Below are positions 39,812 to 48,821 of a stretch of DNA of 64,000 bases, in pieces. The notes under the pieces are model-generated. The model worked only from the letters and a program-made list of their open reading frames with translations, searched no databases and was not told where the DNA came from. This stretch comes from Desulfurococcales archaeon (GTDB lineage Archaea; Thermoproteota; Thermoprotei_A; Sulfolobales; Desulfurococcaceae). A program made the translations under genes and the position numbers. Where the stretch lies: contig JALVYU010000026.1 in assembly GCA_027022365.1 (NCBI GenBank), positions 352,001 through 416,000 on the forward strand, read 5' to 3'. Position 1 is the stretch's first letter. Each line of letters opens with the position of its first letter.

Positions 39812-40321
39812 TTATTTCTTGGGATCCATGCGTCCGACCTCATAGTATGTTATATCGCCCTGTAGGCTAACTACCGCTATGACGAGAGACAACGCGTTAT
39901 CCACCGCCTTCTCGATACTGGAAACTATTCCGTCAAGCGTGATCCTATGTCCTTCCTCAAGCACCTTGATCATCCTGAGCGCACCATGCTTATCCTTGAT
40001 CACAAACTCACCATCCTGTATGACCCTTATTCTCCGCCCCCGATCCCTTAGATCCTTGTAGACAAGGAGGCTTGGCCAAAAGAATTCTCGCAGACAATTA
40101 TAGGCTTTCTCCATGAATTCCTCGAGACCCGATATCTCTTCATCACATATGACTATTTTTGCGCGCTCACTGATCAGTAGGTATGCCGTCTCGATTATAC
40201 TCAGCTCTAAACCCTCCTTGGTTTCCCTGCCGAACCACTTATTGGATAGATCATAGTAGTTGTCCTTGATAAGCCCCTTGCAGGTATCTGTATCAAAGAT
40301 TATCCTATGTATTTTCGGCAT
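39812..40321 (-). CDS. tRNA-splicing endonuclease, structural (beta) subunit
   Basis: LELSIIETAYL, VYKDLRDRG, GDITYY; lacks the catalytic GxDFxxY..H segment. Confidence 0.78.
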   Translation of the reverse strand: MPKIHRIIFDTDTCKGLIKDNYYDLSNKWFGRETKEGLELSIIETAYLLISERAKIVICDEEISGLEEFMEKAYNCLREFFWPSLLVYKDLRDRGRRIRVIQDGEFVIKDKHGALRMIKVLEEGHRITLDGIVSSIEKAVDNALSLVIAVVSLQGDITYYEVGRMDPKK

Positions 40322-40415
40322 ATACTGCACCACGCAAGCACTGATCAACGTTACATCTTTTTCCCTAGAGTACCAGATATTACAACAATAATATATTATT
40401 GCAGGTGTACCGTCT

Positions 40416-41489
40416 ATGGATTACCCATATCCAATCAAGATCAGGGCCGTATGGTGGGAGGACAACCAGGTCTGCTGGATAGACACATCTAAACTACCAT
40501 TCGAGGAGAAAACCTACTGTACAGATGAGCCTAAGAGACTGGCCAGAGCCATTATCGCCATGGAGATAAGGGGTGCGCCAGCCATAGGTGTTGCTGCCGC
40601 TCTCGGCATAGCCGCCTACGCCATAAAAATAGCGTCTAGCAGTAGAGAGGAGTTCATCGATAGGATAGAGGATGCTATTAAAACACTGTGGAATACCAGG
40701 CCTACAGCTCATAATCTGTTCTGGGCGCTAACACGTATGCGCAACACACTGAGATCAGCAGCGGAGGAGGGACTGAACACCGGCGAGATAGCCGATAGGC
40801 TCCGCGAGGAAGCAATAAGAATAATGGACGAAGACATACGCGCCAATATACGTATGGGTGAATACGGGGCCGAGCTGGTCCCTGACAATGCAACAATCCT
40901 AACACACTGTAATGCTGGTGCATTAGCAACAGCTGCCTTCGGCACTGCCGAAGGAATAATGCGTGTCGCCTGGTACAAGGGCAAGAAGATTAAGGTAATA
41001 GCAACCGAGACCAGGCCCGTTCTCCAGGGCGCGAGGCTGACTGTATGGGAATTGATGAGGGAAGGAATACCCGTGACTCTCATAACCGATAACATGGCCG
41101 GGTACGTTATACGTAAGGGGCTCGTCGATCTAGTGATCGTTGGAGCGGATCGTATAACGAGGGAAGGCTATGTCATAAACAAGATAGGTACATACATGAT
41201 AGCGCTCGCCGCCAAGAGGAATAATGTGCCTTTCTACGTCGCGGCTCCAACGAGCACGATAGACTTGAACTCTTCAATCGACGATGTCGTAATAGAGGAA
41301 CGCGACCCTAATGAAGTCAAGAAGGTCCTAGGAAAGCCAATTACGTTAGAGGAGGCAAAAGCACTGAACTACGCCTTCGACATAACAGATCCTGATCTAG
41401 TAACAGCTATAATAACTGAGAGAGGAATAGTAAAACCGCCCTTCCCCGAGAACCTTAAACACGTTGTTGAGAGAAGGTTAAATATATAA
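40416..41489 (+). CDS. mtnA: methylthioribose-1-phosphate isomerase (eIF2B-like family)
   Basis: RGAPAIG, RPTA.NL, LTHCNAGALAT, ETRP.LQGARL, GADRI, NKIGTY. Confidence 0.9.
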   Translation: MDYPYPIKIRAVWWEDNQVCWIDTSKLPFEEKTYCTDEPKRLARAIIAMEIRGAPAIGVAAALGIAAYAIKIASSSREEFIDRIEDAIKTLWNTRPTAHNLFWALTRMRNTLRSAAEEGLNTGEIADRLREEAIRIMDEDIRANIRMGEYGAELVPDNATILTHCNAGALATAAFGTAEGIMRVAWYKGKKIKVIATETRPVLQGARLTVWELMREGIPVTLITDNMAGYVIRKGLVDLVIVGADRITREGYVINKIGTYMIALAAKRNNVPFYVAAPTSTIDLNSSIDDVVIEERDPNEVKKVLGKPITLEEAKALNYAFDITDPDLVTAIITERGIVKPPFPENLKHVVERRLNI

Positions 41490-41519
41490 TTTCTCTACCT
41501 CAACAATCTGAAATATGGT

Positions 41520-41629
41520 GGGCCCGTCGTCTAGCTTGGACTAGGATGCGGGGTTCGGGACCCGAGAGATCCCGCCGCTGGGACGGGCGAAACTCCCCGT
41601 GACCCGGGGTTCAAATCCCCGCGGGCCCA
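41520..41629 (+). tRNA. tRNA-Pro(CGG) with 34-nt intron at 37/38 (41560-41593)
   Basis: Cloverleaf; strict BHB with TTCG/CGAA central helix and GG|A, AC|T bulges. Confidence 0.93.
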
Positions 41630-41647
41630 CCTCTTATTCCTTTCTAG

Positions 41648-42136
41648 GTGCTGGAAATGGATATTAGGACGACCGTGAAGTATATTGCTGGCCTGAGCGC
41701 CGAGGAACTATCCAGTACTCCTGAGGTATCCTCGATCTCGGCGCTAAAAAGAATAGTCAAACCAGTACTGGCCGGATTCGGGGAAGGGCCTGCATGGTTC
41801 TATGTGTCTCCTAGAAGAGACCATGTAGTCGTCCCTCATTATTTCTGCACTTGCAAAGACTACACCATAAGGGTTATGACAAGAAGACATAGCCTCTCCT
41901 GCAAGCATGTCTTAGCACAACGATTATCGGAGATCACCGGGGTCTACAGGATAGTTGTATTAGATATTAACGAATACATTAGGATACTCACTGAGATACT
42001 CAGAATGGGTATAAGCCCTACGTTGAGAAGATTATTATATAAACAAAAAACTAGACATAAGGGATCAGGTAGGATAGGAGGGAAGAAGAATGGGTCGACG
42101 CAGGAAAAAATACAAGAAAGTGGTAAAGAAGATTAG
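41648..42136 (+). CDS. SWIM zinc-finger protein
   Basis: CTCKDY...CKH. Confidence 0.8.
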   Translation: MLEMDIRTTVKYIAGLSAEELSSTPEVSSISALKRIVKPVLAGFGEGPAWFYVSPRRDHVVVPHYFCTCKDYTIRVMTRRHSLSCKHVLAQRLSEITGVYRIVVLDINEYIRILTEILRMGISPTLRRLLYKQKTRHKGSGRIGGKKNGSTQEKIQESGKED

Positions 42137-42395
42137 AAGGATACCAAAGATCTTCCAGTGCCCCAACTGTGGCTCTAGGACGCTCACGATAAGGTTCAGG
42201 AAATCCGAAGTAGAAGGGATGAAAAAAGCAGTGATCACTTGCGGGACCTGCGGCCTGTACTACGAGATGGATGTACCGGAGATACTTGAGCCCGTCGACG
42301 TGTATGGAAAGTTCATTGACCTCTTCGAAGAGGGAAGCATCGAACCCGAGTTCAGAAAGCCGGAGGAAGAGGAGATCAGCTCTGAAGGTACATAA
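42090..42395 (+). CDS. transcription elongation factor Elf1-like
   Basis: MGRRRKK, FQCPNC, CGTC, EPVDVY. Confidence 0.9.
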   Translation: MGRRRKKYKKVVKKIRRIPKIFQCPNCGSRTLTIRFRKSEVEGMKKAVITCGTCGLYYEMDVPEILEPVDVYGKFIDLFEEGSIEPEFRKPEEEEISSEGT

Positions 42396-43116
42396 GTACA
42401 TCATGGACAAGCTTTCTTCAGGAGAGAAACTACATTTTACGCTCATAGACCCGGACAAGCCCGGCGATCTAAGGAGAATCGCAGAGAAAATGATAGAAGC
42501 AGGGACAGACGCGTTCCTTATAGGTGGGAGCCTGGCTGTAACACCCGAGGAGGCTGGTAAGGTAGCTAAGACCCTACGTGGGATGGGTAAGCCCGTAATA
42601 GTATTTCCCGGCAATCTCAACTGCTTAACACCTGAGGCTGACGCGGTCCTCTACATGATGCTCATGAACAGCCTCGATCCCTACTACCTCGTGGAGGCAC
42701 AAGTATCAGCCGCACCAATAATTAAGAAGTACGGGCTAGAGGTCCTCCCTACAGCCTATATCGTTGTGTATGGGGATACGGCTGTAGCTCATGTTGGGAG
42801 AATACACCCTATACCTGCGGGGAAGCCGGAGATCATAGGCGCGTATGCTCTTGCGGCCGAGTTCATGGGTATGAAGTACGTCTATCTAGAAGCTGGGAGT
42901 GGGTCGGGCAGACCAGTACCGCCCAGCTTCCCCCGCACAGTAAAGAAATACACTAGTCTCATTGTGATCGTAGGTGGCGGTATCAAATCACCTCTTATAG
43001 CCCACGAAATTGTCAGGGCTGGCGCAGACATTATTGTGACAGGCACTATTGTCGAAGAAAATCCGGAGGCCGCGGCAGGCATCGTAGAGGCCGTTAAAAC
43101 CGCTATTCATCGCTAG
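42382..43116 (+). CDS. geranylgeranylglyceryl phosphate synthase
   Basis: LIDPDK, GGS, FPG, YLEAGSG, VGGGI, VTGT; start uncertain (CTG 42382 or ATG 42403). Confidence 0.92.
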   Translation: MKVHKYIMDKLSSGEKLHFTLIDPDKPGDLRRIAEKMIEAGTDAFLIGGSLAVTPEEAGKVAKTLRGMGKPVIVFPGNLNCLTPEADAVLYMMLMNSLDPYYLVEAQVSAAPIIKKYGLEVLPTAYIVVYGDTAVAHVGRIHPIPAGKPEIIGAYALAAEFMGMKYVYLEAGSGSGRPVPPSFPRTVKKYTSLIVIVGGGIKSPLIAHEIVRAGADIIVTGTIVEENPEAAAGIVEAVKTAIHR

Positions 43117-43363
43117 TCTTTCCACAATATTTCTTCTTGAAGGCTTCCTCGACGTCTATGTCCACGAGGTTGGCGACGCTTAGGAGCCAGGCAAATAGAT
43201 CTGCCAGTTCTTCCTCTAGGCTGCGTCGATCCATTTTTAGGAGAGCATCTGCTACTTCTCCAACTTCTTCAACGAGCCAAGTAAATGTTGCAAAAACCCC
43301 CCTGCTATTGTCTCGCTCATAATATCTCCTCCGTATAAGGTCTTGCGCTTCCCTGATCTCCAT
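43103..43363 (-). CDS. MazG-like nucleotide pyrophosphohydrolase
   Basis: EEVGEVA, EEELAD. Confidence 0.9.
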   Translation of the reverse strand: MEIREAQDLIRRRYYERDNSRGVFATFTWLVEEVGEVADALLKMDRRSLEEELADLFAWLLSVANLVDIDVEEAFKKKYCGKTSDE

Positions 43364-43459
43364 TCGTAGGCACCCCGCTAAAAAGTATCAATGGTGCCCG
43401 AATGAAATATATTGTGGGTTAGAATATATTGGTAGCAGGCAAGAAGCATCCCTATACAG

Positions 43460-43660
43460 GTGCCAGCCATGCCTAAAAGTAAAGCTAAGAGGAAGAGCAG
43501 GGGTAAGAGAGAAGCGCCAGGACCTTTCACAGCAGCAGGTCTCATTAGATTCTATGAGGAGGCCGATATAGGGATTAAGATGAAGCCACAGGTACTAATA
43601 ATAATGGCTATTGCTTTCACTGTTGCGGTCATAGTATTACAGAAGCTCGTAGGATTCTAA
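43460..43660 (+). CDS. preprotein translocase subunit Sec61beta
   Basis: AAGLIRFYEE...KMKP plus one TM helix. Confidence 0.92.
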   Translation: MPAMPKSKAKRKSRGKREAPGPFTAAGLIRFYEEADIGIKMKPQVLIIMAIAFTVAVIVLQKLVGF

Positions 43661-43718
43661 AGCAATATACTGCACACTGGACTAGATGGGAAAAATATAG
43701 TGTAATTATGGATACGAT

Positions 43719-44624
43719 CTACATATGTCTCTTGATCCAGTCCCAGTACATTTCAGCGTACTTCTTTATCTCCTCGATCTTCTCAGGCGTCATCTTCTTG
43801 AATCTTCCCTGAAGCTTCAGATATTCTTCTACCGGCTTCCTCTTTGCCGGGTCCATGTAGGGCCTGCTCGGCCCCGATAAGTGAATCTTGCCATCATAGT
43901 ACTCGTAGAGTATCCATAATCCTGTCTCGACAGCCAGCTTCGCGATCTCTACTGTGTACTTCGGGTCGAACCTCCAGCCCGTAGGGCACGGCGCGTGCAG
44001 GTGTATGAACTTAAAGCCCCTGATCCTTCTAGCCTTCTGTAGTTTCGCGTAGAAGTCATGCGGGTATGCTATGCTTGCCGTCGCGACATATGGTACTCCA
44101 TGGGCTATCATTATCCTGGCCACATCTTTCTTGTGCTCAGTCTTACCTATGATAGGCGTAGTCGTCGTCCATGCGCCGAAAGGTGTTGAGCTGCTACGCT
44201 GTATACCGGTGTTCATGTATGCCTCGTTATCGTACATTATGTATATCATGTCGTGGTTTCTCTCGGCCGCTCCGGAGAGGCTCGCCATGCCTATGTCTGC
44301 CGTTCCACCGTCGCCCGCCCAAGCTATCACCTGTACATCGTTTACTCCACGCTTCTTGAGCGCCTCCGCTATGCCTGAAGCCACGGCAGCCGCTGAGGCG
44401 AAAGCCACGTGTACAACACTGGCTTTTATCGAGTTGCCCGGATAAGCTCCTACCACGACCGAGGAGCAGCATGCCGGTATTACCAGGATCATTTTATCCC
44501 TGAATACTGCCGCTAGTACTTTCCAGGCCATCGGTATCGGGCATCCTGGGCAGGCCGCGTCTCCTGGGAGCACTATGTCTCTCATACGATAGGGTAGTGG
44601 GGGTTTTGGACGGGTCTGGGCCAT
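43719..44624 (-). CDS. porB: pyruvate/2-oxoacid:ferredoxin oxidoreductase beta subunit
   Basis: ACPGC, GDGG...DNEAYMNTG TPP motif, PCPTGW. Confidence 0.92.
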   Translation of the reverse strand: MAQTRPKPPLPYRMRDIVLPGDAACPGCPIPMAWKVLAAVFRDKMILVIPACCSSVVVGAYPGNSIKASVVHVAFASAAAVASGIAEALKKRGVNDVQVIAWAGDGGTADIGMASLSGAAERNHDMIYIMYDNEAYMNTGIQRSSSTPFGAWTTTTPIIGKTEHKKDVARIMIAHGVPYVATASIAYPHDFYAKLQKARRIRGFKFIHLHAPCPTGWRFDPKYTVEIAKLAVETGLWILYEYYDGKIHLSGPSRPYMDPAKRKPVEEYLKLQGRFKKMTPEKIEEIKKYAEMYWDWIKRHM

Positions 44625-44630
44625 AGGGGA

Positions 44631-45809
44631 TCACCTCTTGTGGTACCATGTGAAAACAGGTGGTTGCTCGCCCTTCTCGACTATATCTACGAAGTTCTTG
44701 ACGAGCTTGTAGAAGTCTGTATGTGTCACGTTGACTCCTCCTATCCCCGCAACTATATTGGATATTACTGGTAGGTTCCTCGTGTACTGCGCCAGACCCG
44801 CTACTAAGTCGGTGTATATTTGTCCCCATGCACCAAAGCTTATTGCGCGGTCGAGCACTATTACTCCTTTGACGCCATTTATTATCTTCCAGAGATCCTC
44901 TATTGGGAACGGCCTCACAAACCTTATCCTGGCGACGCCTACAGGGTATCCCTCCTCGCGTAGTTTCTGGACCGCTTCTATCAGGTCTCCCGCCCACGCG
45001 CCCATCGCTATGGCTATATATTTAGCGTTGCTGCACCCAACACACTGTATTAGGCCCCCATACTTCCTGCCGGTGAGCTTGCCGTAGCTCTCATCAACTT
45101 CTTTTATAACCTGTTTCGCCTCCTCCATTGCTTTCTGTATATCCATGAACATCTCCTCCGTGTCCTCGGGCCAAGCGAGGTTCCCGATCGCTAGGGGCTC
45201 ACGACCGTCTATAACGTATCCCTGTCTTCTCGGGCCAAGCCAGTCGTCCAGCTCCTTCTGGTCGGGTAGCTCAACGGGCATTGTTGTGTGGCCTAGGATG
45301 AAGCCCTCAAGCCCGATCATTACCGGCAGATATACTCTCGGATCCTCGCTTATCTTGAACGCCTGCACTGTCAGGTCGAATACCTCCTGGTTGTCCATGC
45401 CGAAGCCCAGTATCCAGCCCGTATCTCTCTGGTCCATGAAGTCGCTGTGGTCCGGCCATATGTTCCAAGGAGTACCGATTGTCCTCGTAACTATTGCCAT
45501 GACAACTGGTACCCGGGCCCTGCTCGTCCAGTGCACCCATTCATGCATATATAGTAGTCCATGGCTACTCGTCGCCGTGAAGGCCCTAGCACCCGCCAGG
45601 GCTGCGCCGAAAGTGGCTGCAAGGGCTGAGTGCTCGCTCTCAACACGTATCATGACCGCGTCGAGCTCGCCTGACTCTATGAACTCTGCCAGTTTCTCAA
45701 CAATGCTTGTCTGGGGCGTTATCGGGTATGCCGCCACCACTTGTACACGTGCCATTTTAGCCGCGTATGCGACCGCGTAGTTACCCGTTATGGGTACAAC
45801 CTTGCCCAT
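44631..45809 (-). CDS. porA: pyruvate/2-oxoacid:ferredoxin oxidoreductase alpha subunit
   Basis: YPITPQ, ESEHSA, TATSSHG. Confidence 0.92.
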   Translation of the reverse strand: MGKVVPITGNYAVAYAAKMARVQVVAAYPITPQTSIVEKLAEFIESGELDAVMIRVESEHSALAATFGAALAGARAFTATSSHGLLYMHEWVHWTSRARVPVVMAIVTRTIGTPWNIWPDHSDFMDQRDTGWILGFGMDNQEVFDLTVQAFKISEDPRVYLPVMIGLEGFILGHTTMPVELPDQKELDDWLGPRRQGYVIDGREPLAIGNLAWPEDTEEMFMDIQKAMEEAKQVIKEVDESYGKLTGRKYGGLIQCVGCSNAKYIAIAMGAWAGDLIEAVQKLREEGYPVGVARIRFVRPFPIEDLWKIINGVKGVIVLDRAISFGAWGQIYTDLVAGLAQYTRNLPVISNIVAGIGGVNVTHTDFYKLVKNFVDIVEKGEQPPVFTWYHKR

Positions 45810-45825
45810 CCAGATCTCACCCCCT

Positions 45826-46110
45826 CTACTCCTCGGGAACCATTGTTATCGCGCCTGACGGACAAACGTTTGAACATACACCACATCCCTTACAGTAGTC
45901 GTAGTCTATGGTTGGCCCCGTCTCTGGCTCTACTCTTATCACGTCGACGGGGCAGTAGATCTCGCATAGCCAGCACTTGACGCACTTCTCCTTATCCACC
46001 ACCGGTTTCTCTGTTCTCCAGAAACCCGTCTTGCCGGCCACTCCCTTCTCGGGCCTTGAGAGAGGTACGCGGTACTTTATAGGCTCTATGATCAGGTCCT
46101 GCCCGGCCAT
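45826..46110 (-). CDS. porD: oxidoreductase delta subunit (2x4Fe-4S)
   Basis: TGFWR, CVKCWLCEIYCP, CKGCGVCSNVCP. Confidence 0.92.
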   Translation of the reverse strand: MAGQDLIIEPIKYRVPLSRPEKGVAGKTGFWRTEKPVVDKEKCVKCWLCEIYCPVDVIRVEPETGPTIDYDYCKGCGVCSNVCPSGAITMVPEE

Positions 46111-46111
46111 T

Positions 46112-46723
46112 CTAGCACACCTCCGCCTCACGTGTTTGCTTATATGCCTCTACGGCTGCCTCCGCGTTGGTTTCTCCTATTGGACCGTGGAAGTACTCCT
46201 TGATCGCCTCGGCGACGCTGTTTATGGAGACCAGGCCCGTGGCCCGTGCGAACGCGCCGAGCATCGATGTGTTCACCACGGGCCACCCCGCTATGACGAG
46301 CTTCTTCTCGAGCGCTATCCTGGTCGCATTGACTCTATAGAACTTCGCGGAGCCCTTCAGCGTGAAGGCTTTCTTCTCCAACACCATGTTGTCCGGCGCA
46401 TTAACAACCACTACCCCACGATCCCTTACCTCTATCCTCTTGGTCAACCCGAGCGAGACGAGCTTGGGATCCAGGACTACTAGTACGTCACAATCATAGA
46501 ACATGCCGTGCCTCAGTATGGGCTTATCGCTTATCCTGCTGAAAGCCATGACGGGGGCCCCTCTACGCTCAGCGCCGAAGAACGGGAATCCCTGGCCATA
46601 TAGGCCTTCCCTGAGCACGGCACTGACCAGTATATTGGCGGCAGTAACTCCTCCCTGACCACCCCTACCATAGAATATAATCTCCTTAAGCAAGGCTCTC
46701 AACCACCAGAAACAAGGGGACAT
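46112..46723 (-). CDS. porG: oxidoreductase gamma subunit
   Basis: GRGGQG, FGAERRGAP, NTSMLGA; true start probably about 10 codons downstream. Confidence 0.92.
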   Translation of the reverse strand: MSPCFWWLRALLKEIIFYGRGGQGGVTAANILVSAVLREGLYGQGFPFFGAERRGAPVMAFSRISDKPILRHGMFYDCDVLVVLDPKLVSLGLTKRIEVRDRGVVVVNAPDNMVLEKKAFTLKGSAKFYRVNATRIALEKKLVIAGWPVVNTSMLGAFARATGLVSINSVAEAIKEYFHGPIGETNAEAAVEAYKQTREAEVC

Positions 46724-46794
46724 ATCACGTGTCGTTTTCCTTGCTCAAGACAATATATCTGGGAAAAAGAATAAAAAGAATTGCATAACCCGGG

Positions 46795-47141
46795 GGCGCC
46801 GGGGAAGAGCTCGTAACCCGCATTCTGTTAACGGCTACATTCGACTAAGCGGCCCCCACAGGGGATCGCGTGGGCCTCATCCCCCCGGAGCCGCCGGGGG
46901 CCTTGCTCCCCACGGGACGGCCGTTTCAACGCAACCACCGCCGTACTCGACGGGTTGCCGCCGCCCCGTCGCCGGGACGGCCACGCCGCCTCATCGCCAT
47001 CCAAGCGGTGGACGTGCCGTTTCTGTGCCGTTGCCACGGGTCCTACCCGTGCCCCGTTTCGGGGCCGTGGCCCCACGGGGAGTGCGGAGTTTCCTCACCC
47101 CCTACGCGGGGGCGTGGGTAGCCCGGCCCTTCCCCGGCGCC
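46795..47141 (-). ncRNA. rnpB: RNase P RNA
   Basis: P1 GGCGCCGGGGAAG/CTTCCCCGGCGCC; GAGGAAACTCC and AACAGAATGCGGGTTA P4 motifs. Confidence 0.95.
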
Positions 47142-47199
47142 ATCGAATACTACTTATAGCAGACCCCCTTTAATTTCGTATAGACCCGTGTATTACTCT

Positions 47200-47690
47200 G
47201 TTGGAGCGGAAACAATAGAGTTGAACTCCCCAGTTAGCAAATCATACAACATATAAACATTACCCAGAACACCCAGACCCCACTCTTTCCAGTGGACAAG
47301 CAAATAGAACAGCGAGTTATAGAATAGAGATTAACATTATGCCTATAAATTATTATTTATTTAATATCCAAGATAATCACAGTATCATTATACAAACTAA
47401 ATATTAATTAGTTATATGTGATAAGAGTTCATAAATAAAATAACAAAATCAATTATAATTATGCCGATTAATCCTACTCTTTCCAGTCCTAGCTGATGCT
47501 TTCTCCAAAAGAAATATAGGGGTGACTGACGTTAGTATGTTTAGTTCGGTTCTTCCAGCCGAAACCATAGGGTATAACCGGGGAGTTACCAAGCCACACT
47601 TAACCCCGGTCAAATACTTATTAAGATGTCTGATGTAGTGTCGGGGCCTCATGGAGTGGAAACCATAGGGTATAACCGGGGGGTTACACA
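47200..47690. other. putative chromosomal replication origin (oriC)
   Basis: ORB-like TCCA-N3-GAAA-N4-GGGGT at 47277-47296 (-) and 47504-47523 (+) flank an AT-rich tract ~47320-47470; variants at 47202, 47471 (-), 47554, 47652. Confidence 0.8.
47554..47689 (+). repeat. direct repeat GAAACCATAGGGTATAACCGGGGRGTTAC x2
   Basis: Copies within 47554-47589 and 47652-47687. Confidence 0.9.
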
Positions 47691-47698
47691 TGCACAGA

Positions 47699-48217
47699 TC
47701 AACAGAGCACACGATCACCCCAGAAATCACGTATGATGCGCCGGAGCGCCTCGGGGTTCTCCGCCCTGCTATATTCCCTTAATAGTTCCTCGTTAAGAGT
47801 ATGGAACGTGTTCATCCACTTGTAGAGGCCGAGGAGCTTCCCGTAGAGATCATGGTAGCCCGTAATGTATAGTGCTGCGGCGACGGCCTCGATCGACGAT
47901 AACATGCAGGGCCTTGCATAGTTGATGGGGTTTCCGGGTAGGAGGGGCGGCAGTTTCCTGTGGAGCCCCTTGACATGTACTGTTCTGTGTCTTGCTAGTT
48001 TTTTCCAGCTGCAGTCGTATACTAGTAATCCGTGCTTCTCGATAACCCCCCGGTTCCACGGGCCAAGGTACTCGCCGCTGTAAGGGTCGAGGACCAGGGG
48101 CCATCCCTTGACCCTTCTCGGGTGGACACGGAATGCTAGGCCGTGTCTGACCATTTTCAAACTCGTGTTCTTCCTCGGATCATCCTCGGCCATGTAGACT
48201 ACCATTATTCTCGGCAA
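47699..48217 (-). CDS. tsr3: Tsr3 16S rRNA aminocarboxypropyltransferase (DUF367)
   Basis: DDPRKNTS, DCSW, RKLPPLLPGNPINY, LSSIEA. Confidence 0.88.
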   Translation of the reverse strand: MPRIMVVYMAEDDPRKNTSLKMVRHGLAFRVHPRRVKGWPLVLDPYSGEYLGPWNRGVIEKHGLLVYDCSWKKLARHRTVHVKGLHRKLPPLLPGNPINYARPCMLSSIEAVAAALYITGYHDLYGKLLGLYKWMNTFHTLNEELLREYSRAENPEALRRIIRDFWGDRVLC

Positions 48218-48260
48218 GCCGCGTCGCCAAACTATATATTCCGCAGAACCCAGTATATTC

Positions 48261-48530
48261 TTGGGGATAATAATGGCTAAGGCCGCAGCAATAGTCCTGA
48301 TCCAGACCGAGATCGGGGCCGAATCAAGGGTTATGGAGAAGCTCTACGAGATACCCGAGGTAACCGAGGTATACATCGTCTATGGAATATACGATGTAGT
48401 AGCCAAGGTAGAGGCCGAGAGCCTAGAGAGAATAAGAGAGGTTATAACGAGCAAGATAAGGAAGTTCCCAGAGATAAGGACGACCAGCACAATGGTCGTC
48501 GTTGAGGGTAAGCTCAAGAAGCAGGAGTAA
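48261..48530 (+). CDS. stand-alone Lrp/AsnC ligand-binding domain protein
   Basis: EVYIVYGIYDVVAKV, TTSTMVV. Confidence 0.88.
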   Translation: MGIIMAKAAAIVLIQTEIGAESRVMEKLYEIPEVTEVYIVYGIYDVVAKVEAESLERIREVITSKIRKFPEIRTTSTMVVVEGKLKKQE

Positions 48531-48652
48531 GACTAACCTCCTAGGCTTTACTAAACCGTTTTTCTCCCCCAGCAAATGAATTCCTGCACAGTCAATCCTA
48601 TCCAGAAAAAGAATAGACCATGCATGTCTCGGGAGGACCAGGTAGGATGAGG

Positions 48653-48764
<112 letters not shown>

Positions 48765-48821
48765 ATCTCCATGTTCTTTAATAGAGTCCCTCAGCAGCCT
48801 TATATCCTTTATCTCGTCGTT

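Noticed and set aside
42271-42381. N-terminal extension of GGGP synthase
   Set aside because: Alternate frame of elf1, low-complexity, not part of the family
46828-47173. Three GC-rich ORFs of 72-83 aa
   Set aside because: They lie within the RNase P RNA gene; shadow ORFs
47449-47730. 93-aa ORF and the repeats at 47554/47652 as a mini-CRISPR
   Set aside because: Only two close copies, ~98-nt period, no cas genes; ORB consensus explains them and the ORF spans origin boxes
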